From: Paratractidigestivibacter sp.
Lineage (GTDB): Bacteria > Planctomycetota > Planctomycetia > Pirellulales > Thermoguttaceae
DNA: 59,712 bases
NCBI GenBank assembly: GCA_963628165.1
Contig: CAVGEG010000002.1
Location: 20,678-80,389, forward strand
Reading direction: 5' to 3'
Shown here: piece by piece, positions 59,063-59,712 of the stretch
Position numbering within the stretch: the first letter of the stretch is position 1
Layout: each line of letters starts with the position of its first letter
Position numbers and translations under genes: made by a program
The notes under the pieces: model-generated
Seen by the model: the letters and a program-made list of their open reading frames with translations, nothing else
Database searches by the model: none
Told to the model about the DNA's origin: nothing

Positions 59063-59712
59063 GTTTGAGAGTAGTGTAATTTCAGAGTAGTCCAATACCA
59101 ACGCGACTTAATTAGAATTCTTGACGACTTGTTTGAGAGTAGTGTAATTTCAGAGTAGTCCAATACTATACGTTTTAGCGACGCCCTAGGGTCGTCGGTT
59201 TGAGAGTAGTGTAATTTCAGAGTAGTCCAATACCTGGAGCGGCAAAGACGCCGACGGGAATCTGTTTGAGAGTAGTGTAATTTCAGAGTAGTCCAATACC
59301 CGCGTATGTTTGAGGACTAACGCAGGCTAGTTTGAGAGTAGTGTAATTTCAGAGTAGTCCAATACCGCGCGCCTTCTTGGAATCTTGCAACGTCAGTTTG
59401 AGAGTAGTGTAATTTCAGAGTAGTCCAATACAGATATATAGTAGCTACTCGCGATAACTGGGTTTGAGAGTAGTGTAATTTCAGAGTAGTCCAATACTCT
59501 GGCGCTTGCGTCGCCATCCAGCAGTACGTTTGAGAGTAGTGTAATTTCAGAGTAGTCCAATACTACGTGGCGGCGGTTCCGCCTTGCGAGTCGGTTTGAG
59601 AGTAGTGTAATTTCAGAGTAGTCCAATACAAAACTTCAGCCCCTTCTACCTGCAAGCACGTTTGAGAGTAGTGTAATTTCAGAGTAGTCCAATACTACGT
59701 GGCGGCGGTTCC
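59063..59712 (+). CRISPR. CRISPR array: at least 10 identical 36-bp repeats, 9 complete spacers and a truncated tenth; it continues past the window
   Basis: The repeat GTTTGAGAGTAGTGTAATTTCAGAGTAGTCCAATAC starts at 59063, 59131, 59198, 59264, 59330, 59396, 59462, 59528, 59594 and 59660. Spacer lengths are 32, 31, then 30 x7. Confidence 0.98.

Noticed and set aside
58978-59626. Minus-strand ORFs 58978..59163, 59317..59517 and 59393..59626, which encode the repeated peptides WTTLKLHYSQT and LDYSEITLLSN.
   Set aside because: These are translations of the CRISPR repeat units. The periodicity equals the repeat-spacer unit, so they are not genes.

Overview
This is a moderately GC-rich, CpG-rich bacterial chromosome segment. 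The best taxonomic guess is the PVC superphylum (Planctomycetota, Lentisphaerota or Verrucomicrobiota), based on three DUF1559 pseudopilin-like paralogs with a type IV pilin-like N-terminus, each near a small lipoprotein gene. Most of the window is housekeeping: ligA, gnd, argH, a KAS III (FabH-like) gene, tex, serC, purA, an rluD-like gene, a MoxR ATPase, an M24 peptidase, a membrane pyrophosphatase and a short SecA paralog. These are mixed with large secreted proteins of unknown function. Three parts look accessory. (1) The 3' end carries a complete, tightly coupled type II-A CRISPR-Cas9 locus. It has a minus-strand tracrRNA with its own promoter and terminator, then cas9, cas1, cas2, csn2, a leader, and at least 10 identical 36-bp repeats that run off the window. 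(2) An AT-rich single-gene islet of about 2.2 kb encodes a DUF262/DUF1524 (GmrSD-like) nuclease. (3) Several unusual low-complexity secreted proteins are present, including a roughly 21% cysteine Cys/Pro/Ala repeat protein and a protein with 26 consecutive Asn. One DUF1559 gene is broken by an in-frame TAG. The many long antisense shadow ORFs in the ORF track are judged non-coding.
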